64,000 nt of DNA. Source: Lachnospiraceae bacterium. GTDB taxonomy: Bacteria; Bacillota; Clostridia; Lachnospirales; Lachnospiraceae. Location of the stretch: NCBI GenBank assembly GCA_024680595.1, contig JAILCB010000083.1, positions 1,664 through 65,663 on the forward strand, given 5' to 3'. Made by a program: the position numbers and the translations under genes. This document shows, piece by piece, positions 28,965 to 39,674 of the stretch; position 1 is the first letter of the stretch; every line of letters begins with the position of its first letter. Under the pieces are notes generated by a model. That model was not told the origin of the DNA and made no database searches. It was given only the letters and a program-made list of their open reading frames with translations.

Positions 28965-29720
28965 CTATATCGGCACTCCGGAACAGAGGGTCAGGGCATA
29001 AACCCCTTTCACACCGGCCTCCTTTAATACGTCCGCCGCCTCATCCATAGTACATCCACTGGTATAGATATCATCCACCAAAATAACATTAGTTAATTCT
29101 ACAACATTTTGACTTATCTTAAAAGCCCTTTTCAAATTTTTCCGTCGTTCCGCCAGACTAAGGGTTTTCTGGGGCCGGGTGGCCCTGACCCTGGTCAGGA
29201 GATGGGGATATACCGGAATCCCTACTCTATCCCCTATTGCCCGGGCCAGTACTTCCGCCTGGTTAAACCCCCTGTCCCTCTGCTTTTTCTTGTACAGGGG
29301 AATCGGTACCAGTGCATCTGCCCGGAAAGAGGAAAGATCTCTCCCTAGTTTGTCTGCAATTTCCCGGGAATAATAGTCGGCATATTCCCGCCTGCCCTTA
29401 TATTTGAAACGAAATATGGAGCCTTGCATTGTATCATTATAGAGAAAAGCAGAAAAACCCCTATCAAAGGAATGTCTAATCTTCCTGCAGTCCCTGCAAT
29501 ATTCCGCTGTCTCATCCCGAAGCATTTTCCCGCATTTCCTGCATCTGGGCTCCCGGACCGGCAGAATTCTCTTTTCGCATTCAGGGCAGACCAGGTCGCC
29601 CCCAAAGGGCAGTATTCCGTCGCAGACAGGGCAGCGTCTGGGATAGAGAATATCCAGCAGGGTTTTCCATATTTTCTTTATCCGCCTAAGCACGCCGGTC
29701 ATACTATCCTTCCTATCCAT
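28965..29720 (-). CDS. comFC: ComF family protein (double Zn ribbon plus phosphoribosyltransferase domain)
   Basis: YPRRCPVC, CxxC pairs, RGFNQA, ILVDDIYTSGCT. Confidence 0.9.
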   Translation of the reverse strand: MDRKDSMTGVLRRIKKIWKTLLDILYPRRCPVCDGILPFGGDLVCPECEKRILPVREPRCRKCGKMLRDETAEYCRDCRKIRHSFDRGFSAFLYNDTMQGSIFRFKYKGRREYADYYSREIADKLGRDLSSFRADALVPIPLYKKKQRDRGFNQAEVLARAIGDRVGIPVYPHLLTRVRATRPQKTLSLAERRKNLKRAFKISQNVVELTNVILVDDIYTSGCTMDEAADVLKEAGVKGVYALTLCSGVPI

Positions 29721-29814
29721 AATCTATTAGAGCAACCCCAATTTAGAAAAAACCACCCGGGCATCCTCTCTTCCCCGCCCTTATCTTTTTGAAATAAGCC
29801 CTTTCCTCCAAGGT

Positions 29815-29970
29815 CAGGACCAATTAATTATTCCCATCACTTTTACCCGGGAACAGGTTCCTTTCCTCGGGACCAGGTCCTTTCCGTCAAGACCAGAGCC
29901 GATTAATTATTCCCAACACTTTTACCCGGGAACAGGTCCTTTCCGTCAAGACCAGAGCCTGTTAATATTC
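29815..29970. repeat. Imperfect tandem duplication between recD2 and comF
   Basis: ATTAATTATTCCCA(T/A)CACTTTTACCCGGGAACAGG occurs twice; GGTCCTTTCCGTCAAGACCAGAGCC occurs twice. Confidence 0.8.
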
Positions 29971-32238
29971 CTCTGTCTCCCTGTCTTCCGGCATAATTCC
30001 CCCGCATAATTCCTTTAATTTGTCCGAGAGGCCGGTATATCGCTTCTGCTCCGTGGTATTTCCCACCATTTGATATACCGTATTCCTGCTCCCTATGATT
30101 GTCACGCATTTTTTGGCCCGTGTGATTCCGGTATAGAGCAGGTTCCGGTTCATGAGCAATTCCGGACCTGTCAGGAGAGGCATGACCACGGCAGGATACT
30201 CACTTCCCTGGGATTTATGAATGGTAATGGCATAGGCCAAATCCAAGTCCGACAGTTCTCCGGTTCCGTAAATAGACTCTCTGCCGTCATCAAACTGCAC
30301 CCTTACACTTGCCCCCTCCGGATTTATGGAGACCACCACACCCAGATCTCCATTAAAGACCCCGGTTCCGCTGACCCTGAGGGGATCTCCCGGCACAGTC
30401 TGTTCCCATTCCTGACGATAATTATTGCGGATCTGCATGATCTTGTCGCCTTCCCGCAATATACCCTTTTTGAAACTGATTTCCCTTTTCCCCTTAGAAG
30501 AAGGGTTTAGGGCCGCCTGCAGCTTTTCATTTAAGGAATCCACTCCCAACGTACCCTTACGCATTGGCGTCAAAACCTGTATTTCATAGGGTGTTGCCTT
30601 CACATAGGGCGGCAGCTTCTTGGATACGAGATAAATAATCCCCTCTATTATCTCCTCCGCATTGGCCCGGTTTAGGAAAAAGAAGTCCCTGCTCTTATTG
30701 TCCAGCCTCAGACCGGTCCCCTGCAATACCGCATGGGCGTTCATTACAATATCGCTTTCCTCGGCCTGCCGGAATATTTTCTTTAGGGAAACCATATGAA
30801 AACAGGCTGATTGAATCAAATCCTTTAAGACGCTTCCGGGGCCTACGCTGGGCAGCTGATGGGAATCTCCCACCATGACCAGCTTTGTGCCCGCCTGAAT
30901 GGCAGACAGAAGAGAATAAAATAGACGTATATCAACCATAGACATTTCATCCACAATGACCACATCTGTCTCCAGGGGGTTTTCTGAATTCCTGCCGAAT
31001 GCCATAGATCCGCCGGAATCGCTCTCGGCCGAATTTTCATCATCTATGGCTTCCCCGGATACCTCCAGCATACGGTGAATGGTTCTGGCTTCCATTCCGG
31101 CCGATTCCGACATCCTCTTAGCCGCCCTGCCCGTAGGGGCGGAAAGCATGACGTCCATGCCCTTTGAAAGGAAATATTGGAGCAGCACCCGGATAGTGGT
31201 GGTCTTTCCTGTCCCGGGTCCTCCCGTCATCAAAAAGATACCATGACGAATGGCCCCCACTACCGCCTCCCTCTGGGCCTCATCCAGGGAAAGGTCCGAG
31301 GAAAGCTCTATTTGACGGATATCGGAAAGCGCCTCCTCTTCAGACACATTCTCCTCCAAATCCAGATCTCTGAGCATTCTGGCGCACTGGGACTCCATAC
31401 GATAGAAATTTGCCGGATAAATCCGTATTTCCTCCCCCTTTTGCTTGCGGATAACCCGCCTCTCCATGCATAGATTATCTAGCTGGGACTTTACATCCGC
31501 CTCTTCCACTGTCAAAAGAGCCGCGGCCTTGCCCAGAAACTCCTCTTCCGGCAGATAGACATTCCCGTCATTGAGGCTCAGGCTCAGACAATATAGTATG
31601 CCGGACCGGATACGGTAATCAGAATGTCTTTCAATACCCGCTTTCTGGGCAATTTCATCGGCAGTTCTGAATCCTACCCCTCTGACCTCCTCTGTCATTC
31701 GGTAGGGATTCTCAGAAATAACCGTATAGAGCCGCTCGCCATAGCACTTATAGATCCTTACTCCCAATACATTGCCGATTCCATATTTCTGCAGGAATAA
31801 TATGGCTCTGCGCATACCTGCCTTGGCGGCAAACTCCTCCCCGATTTCACCTGCCTTTTTCAGGCTGATGCCCTTGACCTCCTGAAGCCGTTCTGGCTCC
31901 TCACCCATGATTCGGAAGGTATCTTCTCCAAACTTCTTGACGATTCTTTCTGCCAGACCCGCCCTTATCCCCTTGATTACGCCAGAGGATAGATATTTCA
32001 GTATTGAGTCCTTGCTGTCCGGCTCACTTATCTGATAAGAATTCATGCGAAACTGTCGGCCGTAGGATGAATGATTGAAAAATTCACCCTCCGCCTGTAT
32101 CCTTTCGCCACCGTCAACCATGTGAAAGAAACCTGTCATGGTCACTTCACCCTCCTGGGTGGACAAGACAAGTACCGTATATCCGTTATCGGGATTCCTA
32201 TATATGATATGATCTACAAAACCCTGGATTGAAATCAA
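29962..32238 (-). CDS. recD2: ATP-dependent RecD-like DNA helicase
   Basis: TGGPGTGKTT, APTGRAAKR, VDEMSM, QLPSVG, YAITIHKSQGSEY, LYTGITRA, plus the N-terminal RecD2 extension. Confidence 0.95.
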   Translation of the reverse strand: MISIQGFVDHIIYRNPDNGYTVLVLSTQEGEVTMTGFFHMVDGGERIQAEGEFFNHSSYGRQFRMNSYQISEPDSKDSILKYLSSGVIKGIRAGLAERIVKKFGEDTFRIMGEEPERLQEVKGISLKKAGEIGEEFAAKAGMRRAILFLQKYGIGNVLGVRIYKCYGERLYTVISENPYRMTEEVRGVGFRTADEIAQKAGIERHSDYRIRSGILYCLSLSLNDGNVYLPEEEFLGKAAALLTVEEADVKSQLDNLCMERRVIRKQKGEEIRIYPANFYRMESQCARMLRDLDLEENVSEEEALSDIRQIELSSDLSLDEAQREAVVGAIRHGIFLMTGGPGTGKTTTIRVLLQYFLSKGMDVMLSAPTGRAAKRMSESAGMEARTIHRMLEVSGEAIDDENSAESDSGGSMAFGRNSENPLETDVVIVDEMSMVDIRLFYSLLSAIQAGTKLVMVGDSHQLPSVGPGSVLKDLIQSACFHMVSLKKIFRQAEESDIVMNAHAVLQGTGLRLDNKSRDFFFLNRANAEEIIEGIIYLVSKKLPPYVKATPYEIQVLTPMRKGTLGVDSLNEKLQAALNPSSKGKREISFKKGILREGDKIMQIRNNYRQEWEQTVPGDPLRVSGTGVFNGDLGVVVSINPEGASVRVQFDDGRESIYGTGELSDLDLAYAITIHKSQGSEYPAVVMPLLTGPELLMNRNLLYTGITRAKKCVTIIGSRNTVYQMVGNTTEQKRYTGLSDKLKELCGGIMPEDRETEEY

Positions 32239-32397
32239 GACGTGAACCCACAGAAATCAATGATTAATATGCCGCCATATTTGTCGGAGGCCGTATCCGC
32301 CGTGGAAAAGGCCTCCGAACCATGATTATTCTCTATGTTTAAGTATCTCGACCGAGACCTGATGAAACAGGCCGGACTATTCCTGAAGAAAAGCCGC

Positions 32398-32862
32398 CTA
32401 TACGAGAGCCTCTTCATCAGTGGACTCTTCTGTATCCGCCCCGGTCTCCGTCTCAGAAACGGTATCAGCCTTCACGGCCGCAGCCTTGGCCGCTTCCGCC
32501 GCATCCACTTCCTCAATGGTCTTGCCCTGATTGAGCTTCATCTGCTCATACATCATCTTGGCCAGGCCGAATTCCTGCTGATTGGTGGCCATAGTAGCGA
32601 CTTCCTTAGCCATATTATCCTCATAGTAGCTGCGAAGAGTGGAATTGGCCACAGAAGTATCCGTTTCGTTCTTCATAATGGTCTTCTGGGCGCCCTTGAA
32701 AATCTGCTCCACAAAATATTGCTCAAACTGCTTACAGGCATCCATGAGCTCCTCATCCGTGGAATTCTCATAATCAGACTTGATGGCCTTTGTCCGCTGG
32801 GAATCCAGCGCATTCTGGGCGACCTGAGTCGTATATCCTGCCGAAATCGAAGTAATATCCAT
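32398..32862 (-). CDS. FlgJ-like rod-binding protein
   Basis: ELMDACKQFEQYFV and FGLAKMMYEQM; follows flgG. Confidence 0.8.
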   Translation of the reverse strand: MDITSISAGYTTQVAQNALDSQRTKAIKSDYENSTDEELMDACKQFEQYFVEQIFKGAQKTIMKNETDTSVANSTLRSYYEDNMAKEVATMATNQQEFGLAKMMYEQMKLNQGKTIEEVDAAEAAKAAAVKADTVSETETGADTEESTDEEALV

Positions 32863-32910
32863 CCTGCCCTCCTCTATCAGGTAGAGTTAACCCTACCCCT
32901 TTTGGCTTAT

Positions 32911-33002
32911 CCCACATCTCTGACCCGCCGACCTTCGATGATGGGATGCACCCTGTGCCTCATCGGGACACCGGCGTCCTATGAGGCTTTGGCTCCTAGC
33001 CC
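32911..33002 (-). repeat. Repeat family A, diverged partial copy between flgG and the flgJ-like gene
   Basis: CCTTCGATGATGGG...CCTCATCGGGAC...ATGAGGCTTTGGCTCCTAGCC. Confidence 0.85.
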
Positions 33003-33015
33003 ATACAAAGTCCTA

Positions 33016-33834
33016 TCAGCTCTTCAGCTGATTAGCGATCTGAAGCATTTCATCCGAAGTGGTAATGGCCTTGGAATTGGATTCATAGGCCCTCTGAGCG
33101 ATAATCAGATTTACCATTTCCTCTGCTATCTGTACATTGGATCCCTCCAGATAGCCCTGGCGGATACTGGACTTCTCCACATTATTATTGGTAGCCTCAT
33201 TCATAGCATCTCCGGAGGAGGCTGTGGTATGGTAAAGGCTGTCACCCACCTTGTCCAGACCCTTGGCATTCTGGAACTGCCAGAGACCGATGGTCATTCC
33301 CACAGGCTGGGCATTTCCGTCTGCGTCGGGATACATAATCATTCCGTCATCCCCGATCTGAATCCTGTCCGCAATGTAATTTCCGCCCAGATTTATGGGC
33401 TGGCCATTGGTATTGAGAACCCGTAATCCGTCGGTGGTGGTCAGGCTCAGGCCTCCTGTAGTATTGAGGGCCCAGACAAAATCACCATTTCTGGTATAAT
33501 AGGTGTCCCCGTCCTCGCCCTGAATTCCGAAAAAGCCCTTTCCGGAAATGGCGCAGGAGGAAGGATTCTCTGAATCAAGGAAAGCCCCCTGGGCAAATTC
33601 TGAGGTGATGGAGGCTGTACGCACACCCAATCCCACCTGGGCTCCAATGGGTTTTCTGACGCCATTGGCTGTTGTGGTTTTATTCTGAACTGTCTGATAG
33701 AGGAGGGATTTGAATTCATTTACCTCCATCTTGTAACCTGTCGTATTAACGTTTGCCAGGTTATTAGCTATCGTATCCACATTCTGCTGCTGCGCGATCA
33801 TTCCGGATGCCGCGGACCATAACGAACGTACCAT
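33016..33834 (-). CDS. flgG: Flagellar basal-body rod protein
   Basis: MVRSLWSAASGM...IANNLANVNTTGYK, YTRNG, LEGSNVQIAEEMVNLIIAQRAYE. Confidence 0.9.
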   Translation of the reverse strand: MVRSLWSAASGMIAQQQNVDTIANNLANVNTTGYKMEVNEFKSLLYQTVQNKTTTANGVRKPIGAQVGLGVRTASITSEFAQGAFLDSENPSSCAISGKGFFGIQGEDGDTYYTRNGDFVWALNTTGGLSLTTTDGLRVLNTNGQPINLGGNYIADRIQIGDDGMIMYPDADGNAQPVGMTIGLWQFQNAKGLDKVGDSLYHTTASSGDAMNEATNNNVEKSSIRQGYLEGSNVQIAEEMVNLIIAQRAYESNSKAITTSDEMLQIANQLKS

Positions 33835-33908
33835 AATATTCCTTTCTGCCGCCCCCTGCGGCACTGACTAAATAAGCTCTCCCTTTAGGACTCCGGGGTT
33901 AATATATT

Positions 33909-34688
33909 CTATGTCAGCCTGCCCAAATCATTGGCGGCTATCTGCAATGTGCTGTCTATGGTGGTAATCATCCTCTGATTGGATTCATACTGCCTCTGCA
34001 CCGCAATCATATTAACCATTTCCTCTACGACGCTGACATTAGACTGCTCCAGATATCCTGAAAGTACCTGGGTGTTAGCGTCCTGCTCCGTAGCGCCCTC
34101 CACCGTTACAAACTCATTCTCGCCATATTTCTCTAGGTAATTGTAATCCTCGAAGTCCGTTATTCCGAGATTTGCAACCAGAATATCATTCTGATGAATC
34201 TCTCCCAGCCGGTTGATTTCCGCATCCAACAGGGGGTTGAGGACAATGTGCTGGCCATCTGCATCCAGGACGAAGTCTCCGTCCTTTGTAACCAGCTCAC
34301 CCGCCTCGTTTAAGGTAAAGGAACCGTCCCTGGTATACTTGACCTCTGCTTCCCCGGTTTCCTTATTGGCGAATTCTACCCGAAAGAAACCCTGGTCAGT
34401 TAGTGCCAAATCAAAGGTATTATCTGTCTGATGAAGACCGCCTACCGTGAAATCCCGGTATGTTTCTCCTATTCTGACTCCGGGATTCAGGACACCCTCT
34501 CTCTTTGCCAGATAGAATTCAGACCGATCCTTTATATTATATGCGAGAATGTCATTGAAGGACTGGGAGGTGGCCCCTTCCTTCTTGAAACCGGTGGTGT
34601 CTACATTGGCCAAATTATTGGTCAGTGCATCCATCCGCCGCTGCTCATTGATCATACCCGTATAGGCGGTATAAAGTCCTTTTACCAT
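33909..34688 (-). CDS. flgF: Flagellar hook-basal body rod protein (FlgF/FlhO type)
   Basis: NNLANVDTTGFK, YTRDGSF, LEQSNVSVVEEM. Confidence 0.8.
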   Translation of the reverse strand: MVKGLYTAYTGMINEQRRMDALTNNLANVDTTGFKKEGATSQSFNDILAYNIKDRSEFYLAKREGVLNPGVRIGETYRDFTVGGLHQTDNTFDLALTDQGFFRVEFANKETGEAEVKYTRDGSFTLNEAGELVTKDGDFVLDADGQHIVLNPLLDAEINRLGEIHQNDILVANLGITDFEDYNYLEKYGENEFVTVEGATEQDANTQVLSGYLEQSNVSVVEEMVNMIAVQRQYESNQRMITTIDSTLQIAANDLGRLT

Positions 34689-34973
34689 CTTCTATACCCT
34701 TTCTAATACCTTTGCTTTCCCTATCAGGACTAGGACAGGACTCTTTTGACGACCTGAAATAGCCCTTAGACGGACTTTCAAATACTTTATCGGCAGTTAA
34801 GTTCTATTCCAAAAGACCTTTTATGCAATTTACCGCTATATTTTTACTCTCTCCGTGCCCCTAGTTCCGCTAACCCCCATGTCTATGGAGGATTATAGGC
34901 TTCTATAATAAAGGTAAGGCTTACGGGGCAGGCTCCTTTTAATCACGGCTTTGCAAGGCCTCCGATAATACTT

Positions 34974-35972
34974 TTAGGATAAATCGTCCCGATAACCTGC
35001 CAGGAATTCTACATATTTTCCGGTTCCTACGGCCACGGCAGTCATGGGATCCTCGGCCGTCATGGTATTGATGCCGGTCCTGTCCGCAATGAGCTCCTCT
35101 AATCCGCGCAGGAGACTGCCGCCCCCGGTCAGGACAATTCCTCTGTCCGCAATGTCGGCTGCCAATTCCGGAGGGGTCTTTTCCAGCACTCCGTGAATGG
35201 CTTCTACAATCTGAGAAGTGGTCTCTCTCAAGGCATCCTCCGTCTCCTCACTGGACACCTTCACAGTCTTAGGCAGTCCTGTCACCAGATCCCGGCCCCT
35301 GATATCCATGAAATCGGGCTGGGCCCGCTTGAAGGCAGAGCCAATCTTTATCTTCAAATCCTCAGCAGACCGCTCTCCAATTAAAAGCTTGTGCTTTTTC
35401 CTCATATACCGGACAATGGCCTCGTCGAAATCATCCCCCGCAATCTTAATAGAGGTAGAAACCACCGTTCCGCCCAGGGAAATGACTGCAATATCAGACG
35501 TTCCACCGCCAATATCTACTATCATATTGCCGCAGGGCTTTGAAATGTCGATTCCGGCTCCAATGGCAGCTGCAATAGGCTCCTCAATAATGGAAACATC
35601 CCTTGCCCCGGCCTGATAAGCCGCATCCTCCACAGCCTTCTGCTCCACCTCTGTAACTCCGCTGGGAACACAGACACTGATTCTTGGTTTCCTGAAAGTC
35701 TTCTTTCCCACAGCCTTCTGAATGAAATACTTCAGCATCTTTTCCGTAACGGTATAGTCAGAAATAACGCCCTGGCGGAGGGGCCTTACCGCCACAATAT
35801 TCCCGGGAGTACGGCCCAGCATCAGCCTGGCATCCTCTCCTATAGCCTTGATTCGATTGGTGTCCCTGTCAAAAGCCACCACGGAGGGCTCCTTTAGAAC
35901 CACACCCTTGCCTCTAATATATACTAAAATACTGGCTGTACCCAGATCGATTCCAATGTCAGTAGCGACCAT
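34974..35972 (-). CDS. mreB: Rod shape-determining protein MreB/Mbl
   Basis: IGIDLGTA, EPSVVA, VDIGGGT, LTGGGSLL. Confidence 0.95.
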   Translation of the reverse strand: MVATDIGIDLGTASILVYIRGKGVVLKEPSVVAFDRDTNRIKAIGEDARLMLGRTPGNIVAVRPLRQGVISDYTVTEKMLKYFIQKAVGKKTFRKPRISVCVPSGVTEVEQKAVEDAAYQAGARDVSIIEEPIAAAIGAGIDISKPCGNMIVDIGGGTSDIAVISLGGTVVSTSIKIAGDDFDEAIVRYMRKKHKLLIGERSAEDLKIKIGSAFKRAQPDFMDIRGRDLVTGLPKTVKVSSEETEDALRETTSQIVEAIHGVLEKTPPELAADIADRGIVLTGGGSLLRGLEELIADRTGINTMTAEDPMTAVAVGTGKYVEFLAGYRDDLS

Positions 35973-36285
35973 TCGTTAAATTCCCCTTTCGTCATATAAC
36001 ACCAAAAGAGATAGAAACCCTTTGGAAAAGAGTAATGATTACTATCAAATAATCATTATCCCCACTAAACTATGCTCTAATAAAGTGATTGAAGTATCCC
36101 GCCAAAAGCGGGATACTCAAACACGCACTTACCCATTAAAAAGGTCATACAAAGTTATTATAACCGAATTAGCCGCTTTTACAATAAAGATTTTATGAAA
36201 ATTCCATGGAAATTATGGAAATCACATCTCTTTTGCCTGATTAACATTTTGGAGTATGTGATTCCACATCATAATACCTACATTC

Positions 36286-39153
36286 TCACCCCTCATCCTC
36301 CGGTCCCGCGCCCTTGATTCCTGCCAGAACCCTCTTGACATAGTAGCCGGTATAGGAGTTTTCACTCTTTGCCAGCTCCTCCGGTGTGCCCTTTGCCACC
36401 ACAGTACCGCCGCCGTCACCGCCCTCAGGACCCATATCGATGATATAATCCCCGCACTTGATGACGTCCAGGTTGTGCTCTATGACAACCACCGTATTGC
36501 CGCTGTCGGAAAGCCTCCTCAATATCTCCACCAGTTTTCTCACATCCTCAAAATGCAGGCCGGTGGTGGGTTCGTCCAGAATATAGATGGTTTTGCCCGT
36601 CCCCCTCTTGGAAAGCTCTGTGGCCAGCTTGATTCTCTGGGCCTCTCCTCCGGATAATTCCGTGGAAGGCTGTCCCAGCTTGATGTAGCCCAGACCCACA
36701 TCATAGAGTGTCTGGATCTTCCGCCGGATGGACTCCACATTCTCAAAGAACTTCAAGGCCTCTTCCACCGTCATATCCAGCACTTCATATATGGTCTTGC
36801 CCTTATAATGTACCTCCAGGGTTTCCCGATTATAGCGTTTGCCGTGGCAGACCTCGCAGGGCACATAGACATCCGGAAGGAAATGCATTTCGATCTTGAT
36901 GATCCCGTCTCCGGCGCAGGCCTCGCACCGTCCTCCTTTCACATTAAAGGAGAACCGTCCTTTCTTGTAGCCCCGCTCCTTGGCCTCCACTGTGGCCGCA
37001 AAGAGATCCCTTATTAAATCAAAAACTCCTGTATAGGTTGCCGGATTGGAACGGGGGGTACGGCCAATGGGAGACTGATCGATATTAATGACCTTGTCTA
37101 ACTGGTCAACTCCCTTAATTCCTGTATGCTTTCCGGCCACCGTCAGGGCCCGGTTTAGGGTATGGGCCAGGCTTTTATAGAGAATCTCATTGATTAATGA
37201 AGATTTGCCGGACCCGGAAACCCCGGTTACCACCGTCATGATACCAAGAGGAATCTTTACGTTGATATTCTTCAGATTATTTTCCCTGGCGCCGCGGATC
37301 TCCAGCCAGCCCGTAGGCTGCCTGCGCTCCCTGGGAATAGGGATGGACAGCTCTCCTGACAGGTATTTACCGGTTATGGAGTCAGGGCTCTTCATTAAAT
37401 CCTCTACCCTTCCCTGGGCCACCACTCTTCCTCCGTGAAGGCCGGCCCCGGGTCCGATATCCACCACCTCATCCGCCGCAAACATGGTGTCCTCATCGTG
37501 TTCCACTACAATGAGGCTGTTTCCCAAATCCCGCAGCTTTTTCAGGGAGGCGAGCAGCTTATTATTGTCCCTCTGGTGCAGGCCGATACTGGGTTCATCC
37601 AGAATATAGGCAACCCCCACCAGACCGGATCCTATCTGGGTAGCCAGACGGATTCTCTGGGCCTCCCCACCGGACAGGGATGCCGTTGCCCGTGAAAGGG
37701 TCAGGTAATCCAGGCCCACATCAATGAGGAACTGAACCCTGGACCTGATTTCCTTTACAATCCTCTGTCCTATCATCTGCCTATAGGAATCCAGTTCCAG
37801 ACTGTCCATGAATTCCAAAAGGGCACGGATGGGAAAACTGGTCACCTCATGGATATTCCTATCTCCCACCGTCACCGCCAGAGAGGACTTCTTCAGTCTC
37901 TGTCCTCCGCAGGCCGCACAGGGAGTGACCCTCATATACTTCTCATATTCCGCCTTGGCATTCTCGGAGAAAGCCTCCCGATAACGCCTCTCCATATTCT
38001 TTATGAGTCCTTCGAAGGCGTCGTCGTAAACCCCCTCGGACCGCTGGCCCTTATAATGCACCTTGACGACCTCGCCATTTGTCCCATAAATGAACATTTG
38101 GCGGACCTTCTCCGGCAGCTCTTCATAAGGCGTATCCAGTGAAAACTTGTATTGCTTTGCAAGGGCTTCCAACAGGGCGTGGGAGTAACTGCCGGTATCC
38201 TTGGAGTTCAGCCACCCCATACACTGGATGCAGCCCTCATTAAAGGACAGGGACTTATCCGGTATCATTAAATCCTCATCGAACTCCATATGGTAGCCTA
38301 GTCCCAGGCAATCCGGACAGGCTCCAAAGGGATTATTAAAGGAGAAGCTCCTGGGCTCGATTTCCTCAATACTAATTCCGCAGTCGGGACAGGAAAAGCT
38401 TTCGGAGAAATTCATGGATTCCCCGTCTATGACATCCACTGTCATGAGACCTCCCGAAAGTGAAAGGACATTCTCAATAGAGTCGGTAAGTCTCCTTTCT
38501 ATTCCTGCTTTCACTGAAATCCTATCCACCACAATCTCTATGGTGTGCTTGATGTTTTTGTCCAGGACAATTTGCTCAGACAGGTCATAGAGATTTCCAT
38601 CCACCCGCACCCGGACATAGCCGCTCTTCTTGGCCCGATCCAATACCTTCTCGTGTCTTCCCTTCCTGCCCCTGACCACGGGGGCAAGGAGCTGGATCCT
38701 GGTCCTTTCAGGTAAGCGCATGATCTGATCCGCCATCTGATCCACGGTCTGCTTCTCGATGACCTTGCCGCAATTGGGACAGTGGGGAATTCCCACCCGG
38801 GCATAAAGAAGACGGAAATAATCATAGATTTCCGTTACCGTTCCCACCGTGGAACGGGGATTCCTATTGGTGGACTTCTGATCAATGGAAATCGCCGGCG
38901 GCAGTCCCTCTATGGAGTCCACCTCGGGCTTTTCCATCTGTCCCAAAAATTGTCTTGCGTAAGAGGACAGAGACTCCATATAGCGTCTCTGTCCTTCCGC
39001 GTAAATCGTATCAAATGCCAGGGATGACTTCCCGGAACCGGAGAGGCCGGTTAAGACCACCAGCTCGTTTCTGGGAATATCTATGTCGATTCCCTTCAGA
39101 TTGTGGGCACTGGCCCCCCGAATCCGAATGAATCTCTTATAATCTTTCTCCAT
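36286..39153 (-). CDS. uvrA: Excinuclease ABC subunit A
   Basis: Two ABC cassettes ([25 protein letters not shown] twice) and Zn fingers. Confidence 0.98.
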   Translation of the reverse strand: MEKDYKRFIRIRGASAHNLKGIDIDIPRNELVVLTGLSGSGKSSLAFDTIYAEGQRRYMESLSSYARQFLGQMEKPEVDSIEGLPPAISIDQKSTNRNPRSTVGTVTEIYDYFRLLYARVGIPHCPNCGKVIEKQTVDQMADQIMRLPERTRIQLLAPVVRGRKGRHEKVLDRAKKSGYVRVRVDGNLYDLSEQIVLDKNIKHTIEIVVDRISVKAGIERRLTDSIENVLSLSGGLMTVDVIDGESMNFSESFSCPDCGISIEEIEPRSFSFNNPFGACPDCLGLGYHMEFDEDLMIPDKSLSFNEGCIQCMGWLNSKDTGSYSHALLEALAKQYKFSLDTPYEELPEKVRQMFIYGTNGEVVKVHYKGQRSEGVYDDAFEGLIKNMERRYREAFSENAKAEYEKYMRVTPCAACGGQRLKKSSLAVTVGDRNIHEVTSFPIRALLEFMDSLELDSYRQMIGQRIVKEIRSRVQFLIDVGLDYLTLSRATASLSGGEAQRIRLATQIGSGLVGVAYILDEPSIGLHQRDNNKLLASLKKLRDLGNSLIVVEHDEDTMFAADEVVDIGPGAGLHGGRVVAQGRVEDLMKSPDSITGKYLSGELSIPIPRERRQPTGWLEIRGARENNLKNINVKIPLGIMTVVTGVSGSGKSSLINEILYKSLAHTLNRALTVAGKHTGIKGVDQLDKVINIDQSPIGRTPRSNPATYTGVFDLIRDLFAATVEAKERGYKKGRFSFNVKGGRCEACAGDGIIKIEMHFLPDVYVPCEVCHGKRYNRETLEVHYKGKTIYEVLDMTVEEALKFFENVESIRRKIQTLYDVGLGYIKLGQPSTELSGGEAQRIKLATELSKRGTGKTIYILDEPTTGLHFEDVRKLVEILRRLSDSGNTVVVIEHNLDVIKCGDYIIDMGPEGGDGGGTVVAKGTPEELAKSENSYTGYYVKRVLAGIKGAGPEDEG

Positions 39154-39243
39154 ATAATGATGAATTCCTCAATAAATCAATAATATCCTGTAAGTCCGGC
39201 CATAGTGACCGGTCCTATCTACAGATAATCCGAGGCCGGAAGG

Positions 39244-39590
39244 GAACCGCAAGGACCGCAGGAACCGCAAAAATCGCATAAACCGCAAAAACCGCAAGGA
39301 CCGCAGAAACTGCAAGGACCGCAGAAACTGCAAAACCGCAAAACCGCTAACACCGCAGAAACTGCAAAACCGCAAGCACCTCAAGCACCGCAGGAACCGC
39401 AAAACCGCAAGGACCGCGGGAACCACAGGGAACGCGAAGACCGCAGAGACCGCTGAGTCCGCTGAATCCGCTGAATCCGCTGAAGCCGCTGAATCCGCTG
39501 AGTCCGCCGAGTCCGCCGAGTCCGCTGAGACCGTTGAATCCGTTGAGTCCGTTGAGTCCGCTGAGTCCGCTGAGTTCGCTGAGTCATTAG
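39244..39590. repeat. Bipartite 9-bp minisatellite: ACCGCA(A/G)(G/A)N units, then GA(G/A)TCCG(C/T)T units
   Basis: 9-nt periodicity is visible across 39244-39445 and 39450-39590. Confidence 0.9.
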
Positions 39591-39619
39591 CGGTCTCGAA
39601 CCAAAAATAGAGTATCACA

Positions 39620-39648
39620 AGTATATCGAACATCCGTTTGCATGTCAA
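39620..39648 (-). promoter_or_regulatory. SigmaA promoter with a LexA (SOS) box in its spacer; probable uvrA promoter
   Basis: Minus strand TTGACA (39648-39643), 17 nt, TATACT (39625-39620). GAAC-ATCC-GTTT at 39628-39639 matches the Firmicutes GAAC-N4-GTTC box with one mismatch. Confidence 0.8.
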
Positions 39649-39674
39649 CCAAAATTTTTATTTTTCAAGGATGC

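Noticed and set aside
32335-33426. 363-aa plus-strand ORF
   Set aside because: Antisense to flgG and the flgJ-like gene, crosses a repeat, and has no recognisable motifs. 42543-43481 and 52314-52988 are rejected as similar antisense shadows.
34787-34815. Sigma-28 promoter upstream of flgF
   Set aside because: The minus-strand GCCGATAA is a perfect -10, but there is no TAAA -35 at the expected spacing, so it is left uncalled.
39169-39648. 159-aa ORF with SAD/LRF repeats
   Set aside because: It is open only because of the 9-bp repeats, and its TTG start is the -35 hexamer of the promoter with no RBS.
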